Of a stretch of DNA of 64,000 nt, positions 1-11,181 are shown in pieces (positions within the stretch are counted from its first letter, which is position 1; each line of letters opens with the position of its first letter). The notes below the pieces were generated by a model, which saw only the letters and a list, made by a program, of their open reading frames with translations, was not told where the DNA came from and did not search any database. Source of the DNA: Piromyces finnis finn (Eukaryota > Fungi > Neocallimastigomycota); contig MCFH01000060.1 of assembly GCA_002104945.1 (NCBI GenBank), positions 1 through 64,000 of the forward strand, read 5' to 3'. Position numbers and translations under genes: made by a program.

Positions 1-273
1 AGAAATCGTCATAAAGCTAACAATTATGATGTATCCACCTCTTCTAACTCTGATAAAAGATATAAAAATAAATATGAAAGAAAAGAAGATAGCTATGAAA
101 GGAACAAGAAGCCAACAATAGCGAATTATGGTAACGATAAGAAAGATCCTATGAATGAGTTGACGGAGAAAATGAGAAACTTAACTATCAAAACTTGCTA
201 CTTTTGCAACGAGAAGGGACACTTTCAATATCATTGTCCTAAACTGAGTGCTATAGTAGAAGAAAACAAATAA
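1..273 (+). CDS. gag: gag C-terminus (partial) with CCHC zinc knuckle
   Basis: Frame 1 is open from base 1: ...KKDPMNELTEKMRNLTIKTCYFCNEKGHFQYHCPKL...ENK, stop TAA at 271-273. Confidence 0.85.
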   Translation, partial: RNRHKANNYDVSTSSNSDKRYKNKYERKEDSYERNKKPTIANYGNDKKDPMNELTEKMRNLTIKTCYFCNEKGHFQYHCPKLSAIVEENK

Positions 274-3200
274 AAGGCCAGAAAAGGTCATTTAAATTAG
301 ATAGTGGGAGAAGAAGCACTCCCAGTAAGCCAAAAATAGCTTCACTTAATAACAGTTCAGTTGATAATAATGAGTACTCTGAATATTCTGAGTATTCTGA
401 CTTATCAGATAATGAAGAAATATCTTCTATTGAAGATAAAATTATTGCTGCAGCTAAAGGAAAAGCTAATGATGAAGAAGACTCTTCCAAGAAAAGAGTA
501 CAAAAATCATTAAAAGAAGACCCAAGACCAATAGTTACCCCTGCTACTAGGAAGCAACAAGAACGTGAACTCAGTAATGAGAGTTTAGAATCAGGTTCAC
601 CATCACAACCCAAGAACCAACTTGACACGTCTGTTCTGAGTCAACCTAATATTAACAAGGAAAAAGAGGAAAGTAAAAGACTCAGAGAAAAACAAAGAAG
701 TAAACCACCAACCACCATAAATAAAAACGAAAGAGAAGAAAACGAAGATATGGAGGTCAGTATTGATACGGAAGATAAAGTAGAAGTAGAAAAAGCTAAA
801 AAGAAAAATACAGATATTCTACCGACGTTATTGAAAATGACTAAAGATAAAGAAAAAGATAAAACTAAAGAGGAGAAAGTCACACGTAATATCCAAATGA
901 GAGGTGATACCAGTGATTATGATATTTTTGAAGATTTAAACACAGCTAAATGTGATATTACTTATGGACAGTTATTTAATGTATGCCCAAAAATAAGAAC
1001 ACAACTTTCCCAAGGACTAAAGTTAGAGAAAGTACAAAGCAAGGTATCAGGTGCATTAAATAACATAGTAGCTACTACAACCTTATTAAATAATATCAAC
1101 CATGACTATATAAGTAAGAATAATGAAGCTTCAGAAGAGGATATAGCAATGGTGGATGCGACTGTGGATGGGATACCAGGAAAACTACTGGTGGATACAT
1201 GTAGTAACTTAAATGTTATTACATCTTCTTTTTACAAAAGACTACCAAAGGAATATGAAGTGGTAGGAATAAGCAAAGGACGTATTCGACTAGCTACTAC
1301 TGATGAAGAATACTCTGAGGGTACTGTGGTGCGTATACCAGTTAGAATAGGAGAGGTAGAACTAGTGGTTGACTTCAGAATACTTGAAAAAGAAGAACCG
1401 TTCTATGATATGTTAATAAATTATAAAACTCAAGTAGATAATTTATTATATATAAATCCAGTAACCAAGAGCTTATGTCAAGTGAAAGAAAGAGGTGTAG
1501 TAGAAGAAATAGTACCTATCAATAACCAATATTATAATGAAGGAAAATTGGTATGTACTATTAGGAAGATACCAGATGGAGATACTAAAAGCTTGAAGTC
1601 TATTGAAGGTTTACCACCTCAGGAGTATATACACAATGAGATATTCTTGAACACCTTACCAAAAGATAAACGGAAAGAAATACTCCGACTTTTGGAAGAA
1701 AACTTAGAGATTATTGCGACGTCTTCTGAGGAATTAACGCCTTCTAAATTATCACCACATAAAATAAATCTAAAGGCTGGTGTAAAACCAGTTAAACAAA
1801 GAGCTTATAGGTTAACTAAATTTAAATCAAATATACTAAAAGAAGAGTTAACTAAGCTAATAGAAAAAAAGTTAATAGAGCCGTCCTATTCAGAATGGTC
1901 CTCCCCTGTAGTTCTGGTTCCAAAACATAATGGTAAGTGGAGAATGTGTGTGGACTATAGGAGAGTGAACGACCTCACGGAAAAGGACTCTTATTCACTC
2001 CCCTATATTGATGAAATATTTGATAGTCTGAACGGAGCCAAAATATTCACTACTATGGGCTTATATTCAGGTTATCATCAAATTTCTATGCATGAGGAAA
2101 GCACTGAGGTTACTAGTTTTACTACCAAGTTTGGTAACTATCAGTTTAAGGTCATGCCGTTTGGGTTAACTAATGCACCAGCAACTTTTCAGAGGGAAAT
2201 GAATAAGATATTATTTCCTTTAATAGGAAATTGTGTATATAAATTTATTGATGATGTACTCATATATTCCAAGAGTGTGGAAGAACACATGGAACATATT
2301 AAGAGAGTATTTGAAATATTGAAAGAAAATGAATTAAAAATAAATCTTGAGAAATGTAGTTTTATGAAGGAAGAAGTAAATGTATTAGGTCACAGGTTAT
2401 CTACTAAAGGTTTGAGTCCTTTGGAAAGTAAAATAGAAGCCATAAGGAAGTGGGAAGCTCCAGGAAATATTCATGAGTTACGTTCGTTTTTGGGTGCAGT
2501 AGGATATTATCGAAATTTTATTCCTAATTATTCTCAAGTAACCGCGCCCTTATGTGAGTTATTAAAGAAAAATGTACGATATAAATGGGAAGAAAAACAT
2601 GAAAAAGCATTTAAAGTATTAAAAGAAAAACTGATAAACGCTCCCATTTTAAAGTTTCCTGAATTTGATAAGCCTTTTATCATACGTACGGACGCGTCGT
2701 ATGAAGGAGTGGGTGGTGTTTTATTACAAGAAGATGAAACTAACAAAATAGAACACCCTGTACATTATATTAGTCGAAGTCTTAGTAAAGCGGAGAAGAA
2801 CTATGGAATAACAGAGTTAGAAGGTGCTGCGTTATTCTTTTGCGTGAGTAAGTTAAAACCTTATATTTTAGGAAACCCGTACACTACTATGGTTTATACG
2901 GACCATAAACCACTTTTGGGTTTATTTAAAAATAAGGAACCAAATAGTGCACGTCACAACAGATGGTGTCTTACAGTAAGTCAGTTGGATATTGATATTC
3001 AATATGATAAAGGAAAGAATAATGTTATAGCTGATGCATTATCAAGAATGAAGAATAAAGAGGAGAAAAAGATACTGGTAACAAAAATTAATAAAACTAA
3101 TAATGAAGAGTTATTAACCAAAGTTATTAAGGAGTTTATAGCTGAAAAATTTACTACCATAGATGGGAAGGACTATTTCGTAGATGGTAATAACTTACGT

Positions 3201-4268
3201 CGGCTAATATCTACTGTAGAAGAAAAAGTAAAGTTAATATTTCAAGCACATAACGTAGGTCATGAAGGTTATTATAAGACTTATCAAAGGTTAAAGAAAA
3301 ATTATTATTGGAATGATATGATAGCGGATATTAAAAGAATTATTAGCAAGTGTGAGAAGTGTCAAGTAAATAGACCACAACCTTATCCAGAACCAACTGA
3401 GGACAAAGCTACTAAAGTGGAAGGACCATTTGTACATCTAGGTTTGGATATTATTGGGCCATTACCTAAGACAAGAAATAGTAAACAATATATAATAGTC
3501 ATAGTTGACTATTTTACTAAATGGGTAGAAGCCGAAGCGGTGGAAACTGTTACTTCTCTGGACGTGATAAAGTTTTTAATAAATGTGTTTGCAAGACATG
3601 GGGTACCACAAGTTATTACTACAGATAATGGAACTCAATTTACCTCAGATATGACAAAGATATTTCTAGACCTATATGACGTATATGTGAAGTTCACAGT
3701 TCCCTACCACCCTGAAAGTAATGGATTAACAGAAAACCGAAATAAGGAAATTGGGAAACTTTTAAGACTTTTAGGGAAAGAAAATAAAGACTGGGATGAA
3801 GTTCTACCTTCCGCGCTTTGGGCCTTAAGAACTACAAAGAATACGGCTTCGAAACATTCAAGTTTTGAGCTAGTTTATGGTAGGGAAGACCAACAACCTT
3901 TTGATATAGCTGCCCGACCCACTAAAGATCAAAACAAGAGTTCCGATGAAATTCTTTTGGAAAAGTTTATAAATCACTACCGATGGACCCTAGAAGCTGC
4001 TGAAAATGTAAAGACGGCTAATAAATATTGGTCTATGAGAAGAGAAGAAAAATTAAGTATGAACCAAGCTAAGAAAATAAAAGTAGGTGACCTAGTTTTG
4101 GTAAGAAACTTCAGTAGAACAAAATTGGAACCTTTCTTTGTAGGACCTCTCAAAGTGGTCCAGAAACAGTTCAATACAGTAGTCTTAACAGACCCAGAAA
4201 CTGGAGTACTAATGAACAGAAATGTACATTTCAAAAATGTCGTTAAATATAACTCAGCAACGGAGTAG
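243..4268 (+). CDS. pol: pol polyprotein (protease-RT-RNase H-integrase), gypsy domain order; RT motif A Asp appears mutated
   Basis: ORF track 750-4268; the frame is open upstream to 243. LLVDTCS protease, FIDDVLI RT, TDASYEG RNase H, HHCC, GLDIIGP/TDNGTQF integrase, GPF tail, no chromodomain. Motif A reads TTMGLYSG where related RTs have D. Confidence 0.92.
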   Translation, partial: TECYSRRKQIKGQKRSFKLDSGRRSTPSKPKIASLNNSSVDNNEYSEYSEYSDLSDNEEISSIEDKIIAAAKGKANDEEDSSKKRVQKSLKEDPRPIVTPATRKQQERELSNESLESGSPSQPKNQLDTSVLSQPNINKEKEESKRLREKQRSKPPTTINKNEREENEDMEVSIDTEDKVEVEKAKKKNTDILPTLLKMTKDKEKDKTKEEKVTRNIQMRGDTSDYDIFEDLNTAKCDITYGQLFNVCPKIRTQLSQGLKLEKVQSKVSGALNNIVATTTLLNNINHDYISKNNEASEEDIAMVDATVDGIPGKLLVDTCSNLNVITSSFYKRLPKEYEVVGISKGRIRLATTDEEYSEGTVVRIPVRIGEVELVVDFRILEKEEPFYDMLINYKTQVDNLLYINPVTKSLCQVKERGVVEEIVPINNQYYNEGKLVCTIRKIPDGDTKSLKSIEGLPPQEYIHNEIFLNTLPKDKRKEILRLLEENLEIIATSSEELTPSKLSPHKINLKAGVKPVKQRAYRLTKFKSNILKEELTKLIEKKLIEPSYSEWSSPVVLVPKHNGKWRMCVDYRRVNDLTEKDSYSLPYIDEIFDSLNGAKIFTTMGLYSGYHQISMHEESTEVTSFTTKFGNYQFKVMPFGLTNAPATFQREMNKILFPLIGNCVYKFIDDVLIYSKSVEEHMEHIKRVFEILKENELKINLEKCSFMKEEVNVLGHRLSTKGLSPLESKIEAIRKWEAPGNIHELRSFLGAVGYYRNFIPNYSQVTAPLCELLKKNVRYKWEEKHEKAFKVLKEKLINAPILKFPEFDKPFIIRTDASYEGVGGVLLQEDETNKIEHPVHYISRSLSKAEKNYGITELEGAALFFCVSKLKPYILGNPYTTMVYTDHKPLLGLFKNKEPNSARHNRWCLTVSQLDIDIQYDKGKNNVIADALSRMKNKEEKKILVTKINKTNNEELLTKVIKEFIAEKFTTIDGKDYFVDGNNLRRLISTVEEKVKLIFQAHNVGHEGYYKTYQRLKKNYYWNDMIADIKRIISKCEKCQVNRPQPYPEPTEDKATKVEGPFVHLGLDIIGPLPKTRNSKQYIIVIVDYFTKWVEAEAVETVTSLDVIKFLINVFARHGVPQVITTDNGTQFTSDMTKIFLDLYDVYVKFTVPYHPESNGLTENRNKEIGKLLRLLGKENKDWDEVLPSALWALRTTKNTASKHSSFELVYGREDQQPFDIAARPTKDQNKSSDEILLEKFINHYRWTLEAAENVKTANKYWSMRREEKLSMNQAKKIKVGDLVLVRNFSRTKLEPFFVGPLKVVQKQFNTVVLTDPETGVLMNRNVHFKNVVKYNSATE

Positions 4269-4815
4269 CTTGAGTTTTAACGAAGGGCATTCTGTTAAGG
4301 AATGAACATAAATAGTTGAATTAGCTAGAATTTTAGGATTTAACCTTCAACTATTTATATTCCTTACTAGTGTTTAACTCTATTTTTAAAATATAAAAAT
4401 TATAATATATAATTTTTATACATTTTTCTAGTAATTATTAATATTTTTATTATATAGTTATATTATTTGTATATAGTTATTTAAGACCTTTATTATTAGT
4501 ATTAGTATAATTACTTATAATATTTTATACTTATAAAATTTTACAAAATTTTATTATTAAAATAGTTATAGGTATTTTATTATTATTTAAGGTTTATTTT
4601 ATTAATTAACTTTATTGTATAATATTTTATAATTTGAAATTATGACATAGAATTTAATTATAATTTTTACTAAAAGAGGCAACTGTTACACACAAAACAG
4701 AAGATACCTCGACAGAAAAATTATTATTTATGTCTAAAAAAGGGCATAATTAATTGAATAATATAATTTTATTATATGTCATAATTAAATATATAATATA
4801 TGATATGCAAAAATG

Positions 4816-5379
4816 TATCAGGGGTTTGGCGAATAGGTTGAATTATTTTATTATTAAATAAGGTTTGATAAAAATTTAGAAAAGACAATAATAGAAATTT
4901 ATTTAAAAATTTTACACAAGACTCTTTTATTAATAATTTAAGTTTAAAATTATATTTGATCTTTTATTAACATTGAAAAGTGGACTTTTTATAAGTCAGA
5001 ATAATAAAAAGGTTTTTATAGAATTTGAAAATAATTCTCAATTGAAGCTTAACTAATTATTTTTTCTTTAACTATATATACTAAAGCTTCAATTGAGGCT
5101 TTACAATTATTTTAATTTTTTATTAATAATAATTACTAATAATTACTAATTAAATAAAAATAATTAATAATAAAGATTATAAAATTAATATTACTTCGAG
5201 AAGGTGTTATAATTCTTTTACTAAACTAAACTATTTATTCTTCTAAATTTTTCTATTTATTACTAATGACTAATTTATTAATAATTAAGATTCTTCTACA
5301 AAAATTATTTTATTATTTAATATTAATTAAAGTTAATTATAACAAAAAAATTTCCTTAACGTAATGTAACGTATTGATA
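4816..5379 (-). repeat. 3' LTR of the Tf1-like element
   Basis: Direct repeat of 9433-9996; termini TATCA...TGATA. Confidence 0.95.
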
Positions 5380-5410
5380 AGGTCCCTTCTCAAAGACGGA
5401 TTCCAGACGT

Positions 5411-8400
5411 CTAAAGGAATTTATCAAGTCTTTCTATATGCACAACATCTGAGGCCTTGGAATTAGGCGGGAGTTCTAACTTAAATGTAACAGGGGATAA
5501 TATTTCCAAGATTTTAAAAGGTCCAATTCTTCTGGAGGCAAATTTTTTCAATTTCTTCAACGATGGAATTTGTTTGACCCAAACGAAATCACCAATTTTA
5601 AATAAAGGTCCTTCAGAGCGATGTTTATCAGCGTTTTCTTTATATAAAAGTTTACTTGAATTAATATTATTGTAAATAGAATTAAAATGAACTTTCCAGT
5701 CAAGGGTTGTGAATTCCGCATGATTTGAAGCACTAGTAAAGCTAAGATCTGGATCAAAACTAAGATTATATCCATAAACAATTTCAAAAGGAGACTTTTT
5801 CGTAGTAGCATTAATAGAATTATTAATAGAAAATTCCACAAGAGGAAGATAATAGGACCATAATTGAGGTTCGTCATGAGCAAAACATCTAAGTGTTTGG
5901 GTTACAATACCGTTTAGTCTTTCTACTTGTCCATTGCTTTGGTGATGATGAGCAGTCGAATATTTGCATTCAATCTTGAGTAGGTTGAGAAGCTTTTTCC
6001 AAAAATGAGAAGTAAATTGACTTCCACGATCAGAAGTAATAGAATGTGGTAAGCCATGAATACGGAAGATATTTTGAAGAAACAAATTGGCAACGTCTTC
6101 GGCAGAGGGAGTACCAGTAACGGGAATTAAATGAATCATCTTGCTAAATTGGTCAACAACATTCATAATGGTAGTATAGCCTGAAGATTCTGGTAAGTCT
6201 GTAATAAAATCAACGTTGATGAAGGTCCATGGTAAAGAAGGGGTTTCTGTAAGTTGGTTCAGTCCGTATGGAGAATGTGTTGTTTCTTTTCTAGTGGCGC
6301 ATATAACACATTTCTTGATAAACAGATCAACATCGTCATGCAACTTAGGCCAATAGTAGTATCTGGTAATTAATTCTTCTGTCTTCTTTGTACCAAAATG
6401 ACCGGCAACTGGCGTAGCATGATATTTTTGAATAGTGGGAATTCTCATGTTTAAAGGCAAATAAATCCTATTATTATAATAAAGAATATCGTTAATAATT
6501 TCATAATTTTTATTAAACTCACCCTTTACTTTAATTGAATTTATAATATTTTGAATTTCAAGATCAAATTGATATTGTTTTTTGATTTCATCAAAGAATA
6601 GTTCATTATCGTTAAAAGAAGTAATAAGTCCAATAAATAAATCAGGTCGTCTTGATAGTATATCGGCTTTCTTGTTTGAGGCTCCACTGCAGTAGACAAT
6701 TTCATAATTAAACTTTGAAAGAAATTCAAACCAACGAATTTGTCTGTCGGAGAGTACTTCAGGTTTCTTTGGAAATTTAAGGTTCTTATGGTCACAAAAT
6801 ATTTTGAATGGTTCCTTAGATCCTTGTAAATAATTATGCCATTCTTTAAGGGCCGATATTATGGCTAGTAGTTCTTTGTCATAAATGTCGTATCGTACTT
6901 CCGCATTTTTTAGTCCTTTTGACATGAAAGCACAAGGGTGTAATTTATTATTCTTATCGTATTGAGATAAAACAGCTCCCACAGAGTAATTGCTAGCATC
7001 GGTTTCTACTATAAAAGGTTGAATAGGGTCTGGTATCATTAATATAGGGTCGGTGGTAAAGGCACCCTTTAGCATAGTAAAGGCTGCTTCTTGTTCTTTA
7101 TTCCAGTGAAATTCCTGACCTTTTCTTGTTAATTTTGTCAAAGGTTGAACAATTTTTGAAAAATTGCAAATGAATCGGCGGTAGAAATTTGCTAAACCTA
7201 GAAACTGCTGAACTTCTTTCACGGTTTTTGGACGAGGCCAATCCCGAATGGCGGCTACTTTGTCTTGACACATTGATATACCTTTATCAGAAATTTGATA
7301 TCCAAGAAATTCTACAGAGGATTTAAAAAATTCACATTTTTTTAATTTACAATAAAGTCCATTATCAAGTAATATTCTCAAGACTTTCTTGACATGACTA
7401 ATGTGTTCTTCACGTGTTTTTGAGAAAATTAGTATATCATCTATATAGGAGAAGGCGAATTTATCCAATACAGGAGTTAAAATATCGTTAAGGAAATATT
7501 GAAATGTGGCTGGAGCATTGGTAAGACCAAAGGGCATTACTTCATATTCAAAGTGGCCGAATCTAGTACGAAAAGCAGTTTTTGCTTGATCACCATCCTT
7601 GATACGTACTAAATTATAAGCACCTGGTAGATCTAGCTTAGTAAAGTAGGAGCATCCTTGAACACGGTCGAGTAAGTCCTTGATTAATGGCAACGGATAT
7701 GAATTTCTAATTGTGGCTTGATTAAGTTTTCTATAGTCAATACAAAGGCGAAGCGTACCATCTTTCTTTGGTACAAATAATACTGGAGCACCATAAGGAG
7801 ATTTAGAAGGCTTAATAAATCCTTTTCTCAAGTTCTCTTCGATATATTCCTTTAAAGTTTCTTGTTCCTGAAGGGTTAACGAATATAAGGGTCCATAGAA
7901 TGGCACTGAATTTGGTTTTAAATCAATGGCGCAGTCATACACTCTGTGTGGTGGTAATTCTTCTGGTAGCTTTTCATCAAAAATCTCTTTAATTTCCATT
8001 AATTCATTTGGGATTCTGGGTTCCTTTTGATTATTATCTTCTTCACTAAAAAGTAAATCTTGTTCTGTGAAGTCCCTAATTACATTGACTTCAATACATT
8101 GTTCTTCATCTAAATTAGGAGTTAATGTCGGAAATTCTAAGATAATTTCCTTATTAAAGTTAAAGGTGGCTTTATTACCCTTAAGCCAATTGTACCCAAT
8201 GATGCCTGAATAGTTATTTAAGTTAATAACAAGGAATGTGATAGAACTATAGTAGTTTTGATAATGGATAGGTATCTCTGAAGTCTTTCCAAACACGGTA
8301 GATTTTCCATTAATGCCATGGACAAATTTAATCTCAGGATCTAGGGTGTATTGGATTCCATGTCGCTCAGCATAGTTCTTATCAAGGAAACAGGCAAAAG

Positions 8401-9352
8401 CACCAGTGTCGATTAAAAATGGGGTAGGTATAGTTTTACTATTATTGATTAATTCAAAAGTAACTACAGGACATGTCTTTTCTTCTTGGGCTTCAGCACT
8501 AATAGTAGAAATATTGGTAGGATGGTCTAGTTGGTGTCTAATGTCGTTTTGACGTTTAAAACAATTATCTTCATTATGACCAATTCTTTTACAATAACCA
8601 CAGCGTTCAAAGTTAGAGTTTCGGTTACGGATAACAACTGGAGTTTCACGAGAATGATTTGGAATAGGCCTAGATGGAGGGGTTTTGTAATTTCTCTGGT
8701 TATTTTTTCTTTGTCGGTGATTCATTTGTTGGAGTAAATGACGATCAAGTCGGACTGCAAGTTGAGCAAGATCATCTAGGGTTTCTGGAGGAGGGAAAAT
8801 ATTGTCGATTCTTTCTTGTAAACGACTATCTAAGCCTTGGTAAAAGTTGTCAGTTAAAAGGGTTTCGTCAGTATCTATAAATACAGCGAGACGACGGAAT
8901 TCGTTAACGTAATCTAACACATTACCAATTCCATGTTGGCGTAAACGTCTGAACTGACGTTGGTAGTGATATTCTAAATCGGGGTCACCAAAGGTGTTAC
9001 GGATTCTCTTGATGAATCCTTCAGTATCTTGCTTAAGTAACGGATATCTTTCCAAAAGTTTACTAGCCCATTGATAGGCTTGTCCTCCCATATTGTTTAA
9101 AAGGTAGCTTACTTGCCTATCCGGGGTAGAGAAGCGATGAGAATAATTTGCGAAGTTTGTTTTACAATGAGCAATGTAAGATTCCACCATAACTCTATCT
9201 CCAAAAAATCTTGGTGGACGTCTCATATTATCATCAACATCCATTGGCTCAGCTTCTTCTCTAACGGATCCTGAATCATCAAGTAGAGGTTCTTGTTCTT
9301 CCATATCGGCAGCAGCATAGGCTACATAGACGTCATTATTATTGCGACTCAT
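5411..9352 (-). CDS. gag-pol: Single gag-pol polyprotein (capsid, CCHC, protease, RT, RNase H, integrase with GPF tail)
   Basis: Uninterrupted ORF: CGYCKRIGHNEDNC, LIDTGA, YIDDILI, TDASNY, INVDFIT/SDRGSQF. The ORF-track start at 9505 lies inside the LTR, so the likely start is MSRNNN at 9352. Confidence 0.93.
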   Translation of the reverse strand: MSRNNNDVYVAYAAADMEEQEPLLDDSGSVREEAEPMDVDDNMRRPPRFFGDRVMVESYIAHCKTNFANYSHRFSTPDRQVSYLLNNMGGQAYQWASKLLERYPLLKQDTEGFIKRIRNTFGDPDLEYHYQRQFRRLRQHGIGNVLDYVNEFRRLAVFIDTDETLLTDNFYQGLDSRLQERIDNIFPPPETLDDLAQLAVRLDRHLLQQMNHRQRKNNQRNYKTPPSRPIPNHSRETPVVIRNRNSNFERCGYCKRIGHNEDNCFKRQNDIRHQLDHPTNISTISAEAQEEKTCPVVTFELINNSKTIPTPFLIDTGAFACFLDKNYAERHGIQYTLDPEIKFVHGINGKSTVFGKTSEIPIHYQNYYSSITFLVINLNNYSGIIGYNWLKGNKATFNFNKEIILEFPTLTPNLDEEQCIEVNVIRDFTEQDLLFSEEDNNQKEPRIPNELMEIKEIFDEKLPEELPPHRVYDCAIDLKPNSVPFYGPLYSLTLQEQETLKEYIEENLRKGFIKPSKSPYGAPVLFVPKKDGTLRLCIDYRKLNQATIRNSYPLPLIKDLLDRVQGCSYFTKLDLPGAYNLVRIKDGDQAKTAFRTRFGHFEYEVMPFGLTNAPATFQYFLNDILTPVLDKFAFSYIDDILIFSKTREEHISHVKKVLRILLDNGLYCKLKKCEFFKSSVEFLGYQISDKGISMCQDKVAAIRDWPRPKTVKEVQQFLGLANFYRRFICNFSKIVQPLTKLTRKGQEFHWNKEQEAAFTMLKGAFTTDPILMIPDPIQPFIVETDASNYSVGAVLSQYDKNNKLHPCAFMSKGLKNAEVRYDIYDKELLAIISALKEWHNYLQGSKEPFKIFCDHKNLKFPKKPEVLSDRQIRWFEFLSKFNYEIVYCSGASNKKADILSRRPDLFIGLITSFNDNELFFDEIKKQYQFDLEIQNIINSIKVKGEFNKNYEIINDILYYNNRIYLPLNMRIPTIQKYHATPVAGHFGTKKTEELITRYYYWPKLHDDVDLFIKKCVICATRKETTHSPYGLNQLTETPSLPWTFINVDFITDLPESSGYTTIMNVVDQFSKMIHLIPVTGTPSAEDVANLFLQNIFRIHGLPHSITSDRGSQFTSHFWKKLLNLLKIECKYSTAHHHQSNGQVERLNGIVTQTLRCFAHDEPQLWSYYLPLVEFSINNSINATTKKSPFEIVYGYNLSFDPDLSFTSASNHAEFTTLDWKVHFNSIYNNINSSKLLYKENADKHRSEGPLFKIGDFVWVKQIPSLKKLKKFASRRIGPFKILEILSPVTFKLELPPNSKASDVVHIERLDKFL

Positions 9353-9419
9353 TTTGATCTTACTAAGAATAGTTAAATGTACAGTAGTTATAATAATCCA
9401 AGGTATTCTGTTAAAATAG

Positions 9420-9432
9420 AATTGAGAATTAT
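9420..9432 (-). other. Self-priming primer-binding site
   Basis: ATAATTCTCAATT (minus) abuts the 5' LTR and is complementary to LTR bases 9648-9660. It does not begin with TGG. Confidence 0.85.
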
Positions 9433-9996
9433 TATCAGGGGTTTGGCGAATAGGTTGAATTATTTTATTATTAAATAAGGTTTGATAAAAATTTAGAAAA
9501 GACAATAATAGAAATTTATTTAAAAATTTTACACAAGACTCTTTTATTAATAATTTAAGTTTAAAATTATATTTGATCTTTTATTAACATTGAAAAGTGG
9601 ACTTTTTATAAGTCAGAATAATAAAAAGGTTTTTATAGAATTTGAAAATAATTCTCAATTGAAGCTTAACTAATTATTTTTTCTTTAACTATATATACTA
9701 AAGCTTCAATTGAGGCTTTACAATTATTTTAATTTTTTATTAATAATAATTACTAATAATTACTAATTAAATAAAAATAATTAATAATAAAGATTATAAA
9801 ATTAATATTACTTCGAGAAGGTGTTATAATTCTTTTACTAAACTAAACTATTTATTCTTCTAAATTTTTCTATTTATTACTAATAACTAATTTATTAATA
9901 ATTAAGATTCTTCTACAAAAATTATTTTATTATTTAATATTAATTAAAGTTAATTATAACAAAAAAATTTTCTTAACGTAATGTAACGTATTGATA
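9433..9996 (-). repeat. 5' LTR of the Tf1-like element
   Basis: Direct repeat of 4816-5379; adjacent to the PBS at 9420-9432. Confidence 0.95.
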
Positions 9997-10342
9997 AAAT
10001 GTTACACATATCATAAATTAAAATTTTATTAATTATAAATTAAAAATTTTTCTATTCAAATATTAAGAGATTATTCATAATATATATTAAGGATTTAATT
10101 AATATATGTTACAGTGAATGATCCATATATTATGAATGAAATCAATTTAAATCCTTAGCTATCCAAAACCATTAAATTTCAAATAATGGATAGTTGGAAA
10201 AAGTACGAGGATTTTTGAGAAAAAATTTTAAAAATTGAAAAATCAAAAATAAATTAAATGAATAAAAATTAAAATTAAATAAATTTTTATTTTTATAACT
10301 ATTCAAGTGTTTTGTGATATCTTATTTGAACCGTAGCATTGT

Positions 10343-11180
10343 TGATAACGGATTGGTAGTTATATTATAACTTTTTAACTACTTCTTCTGTTATCTTATA
10401 TTGTTTTATCTCGACAGCTATTGTACGAGCTTTAACAATATCTACTAGTTTTATTAATTTATTTTAAGTTATTTTATAGTTTTAATAGTTTTATTATTTT
10501 AATAATATTTATATAGAATAATAACACCAGATTTATTCTATAAAATATTATTTATTATTAACACAATAATTACAAATTAGACAAGTTTAATTTCGTTTTT
10601 ATATTTTCTTTTATTTATTGTTCTTACGCTCTTTTTAACAATAATTTTTATTATATAAAAACTTATTTTTGTCTTTTAAATATTATTATGTATTCACTAA
10701 TTAATTATATTAACTATTATTAAAATTTAACTTATTATTAATAATCTAAGTCTTCTTATTTTTTACTAAAAAATATTATTATTCTTTATAATAAAAATTA
10801 TTTTTATAATTTAACCCAATCAAATATATAAATTTATAAAATATTTGATTTTATGTAAATTATATTTTTATAATAAACTATATAAAATTATTTAATAATT
10901 ATTTTATAATAAAATTTTCTACTAATATCAAATGTATAATATATTTATAATTGTTAACATATGTAATAATTTATTATATTACATTTAAATTATATTTACA
11001 TTAAAATTATATTTAAAATACAATATGTATTTATATTAAATAAAATAAACAAACGCCACATTAGTTACATATAAAAGAACATAATTTTACATGTATTAAA
11101 TCTTCGTAATTACCTATATTAATAAATAAAATATTATTAAAAACATATTAACAATTGTTGATAATAATTATTATTTATCA
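10343..11180 (+). mobile_element. Solo LTR, family P (TGATA...TATCA type)
   Basis: Termini TGATA/TTATCA; 4-bp TSD TTGT at 10339-42 and 11181-84 (overlapping the first bases of G1). No second copy in the window. Confidence 0.7.
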
Positions 11181-11181
11181 T

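Larger units (their letters stand above)
4816..9996 (-). mobile_element. Full-length Tf1/sushi-like Ty3/gypsy element nested in the 3' LTR of family L
   Basis: 564-bp LTRs at 4816-5379 and 9433-9996 (2 differences seen by eye). TSD AAATG at 4811-15 and 9997-10001; the empty site with a single AAATG is visible in the solo LTR near 36830. PPT GAGAAGGGAC on minus just inside 5380. Confidence 0.96.
1..10338 (+). mobile_element. Ty3/gypsy LTR retrotransposon (family L), 5' end outside window; 3' LTR interrupted by a nested element
   Basis: gag tail 1-273, pol to 4268, PPT-like GAAGGGCATTC just before TGTTAAGG at 4293. LTR = 4293-4815 + 10002-10338 (ends TAGCA) and matches the uninterrupted solo LTR at 36342-37169. 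Followed by TTGT (10339-42). Confidence 0.92.

Noticed and set aside
251-883. Minus-strand ORFs of 125 and 80 aa (also 2534-2746 and 3977-4234)
   Set aside because: Antisense shadows of the open pol frame; hydrophobic/Ser-rich composition is expected from an A-rich sense strand.
9353-9505. N-terminal 51 aa of the 1364-aa ORF
   Set aside because: Runs through the PBS and into the LTR, upstream of a better start at 9352.
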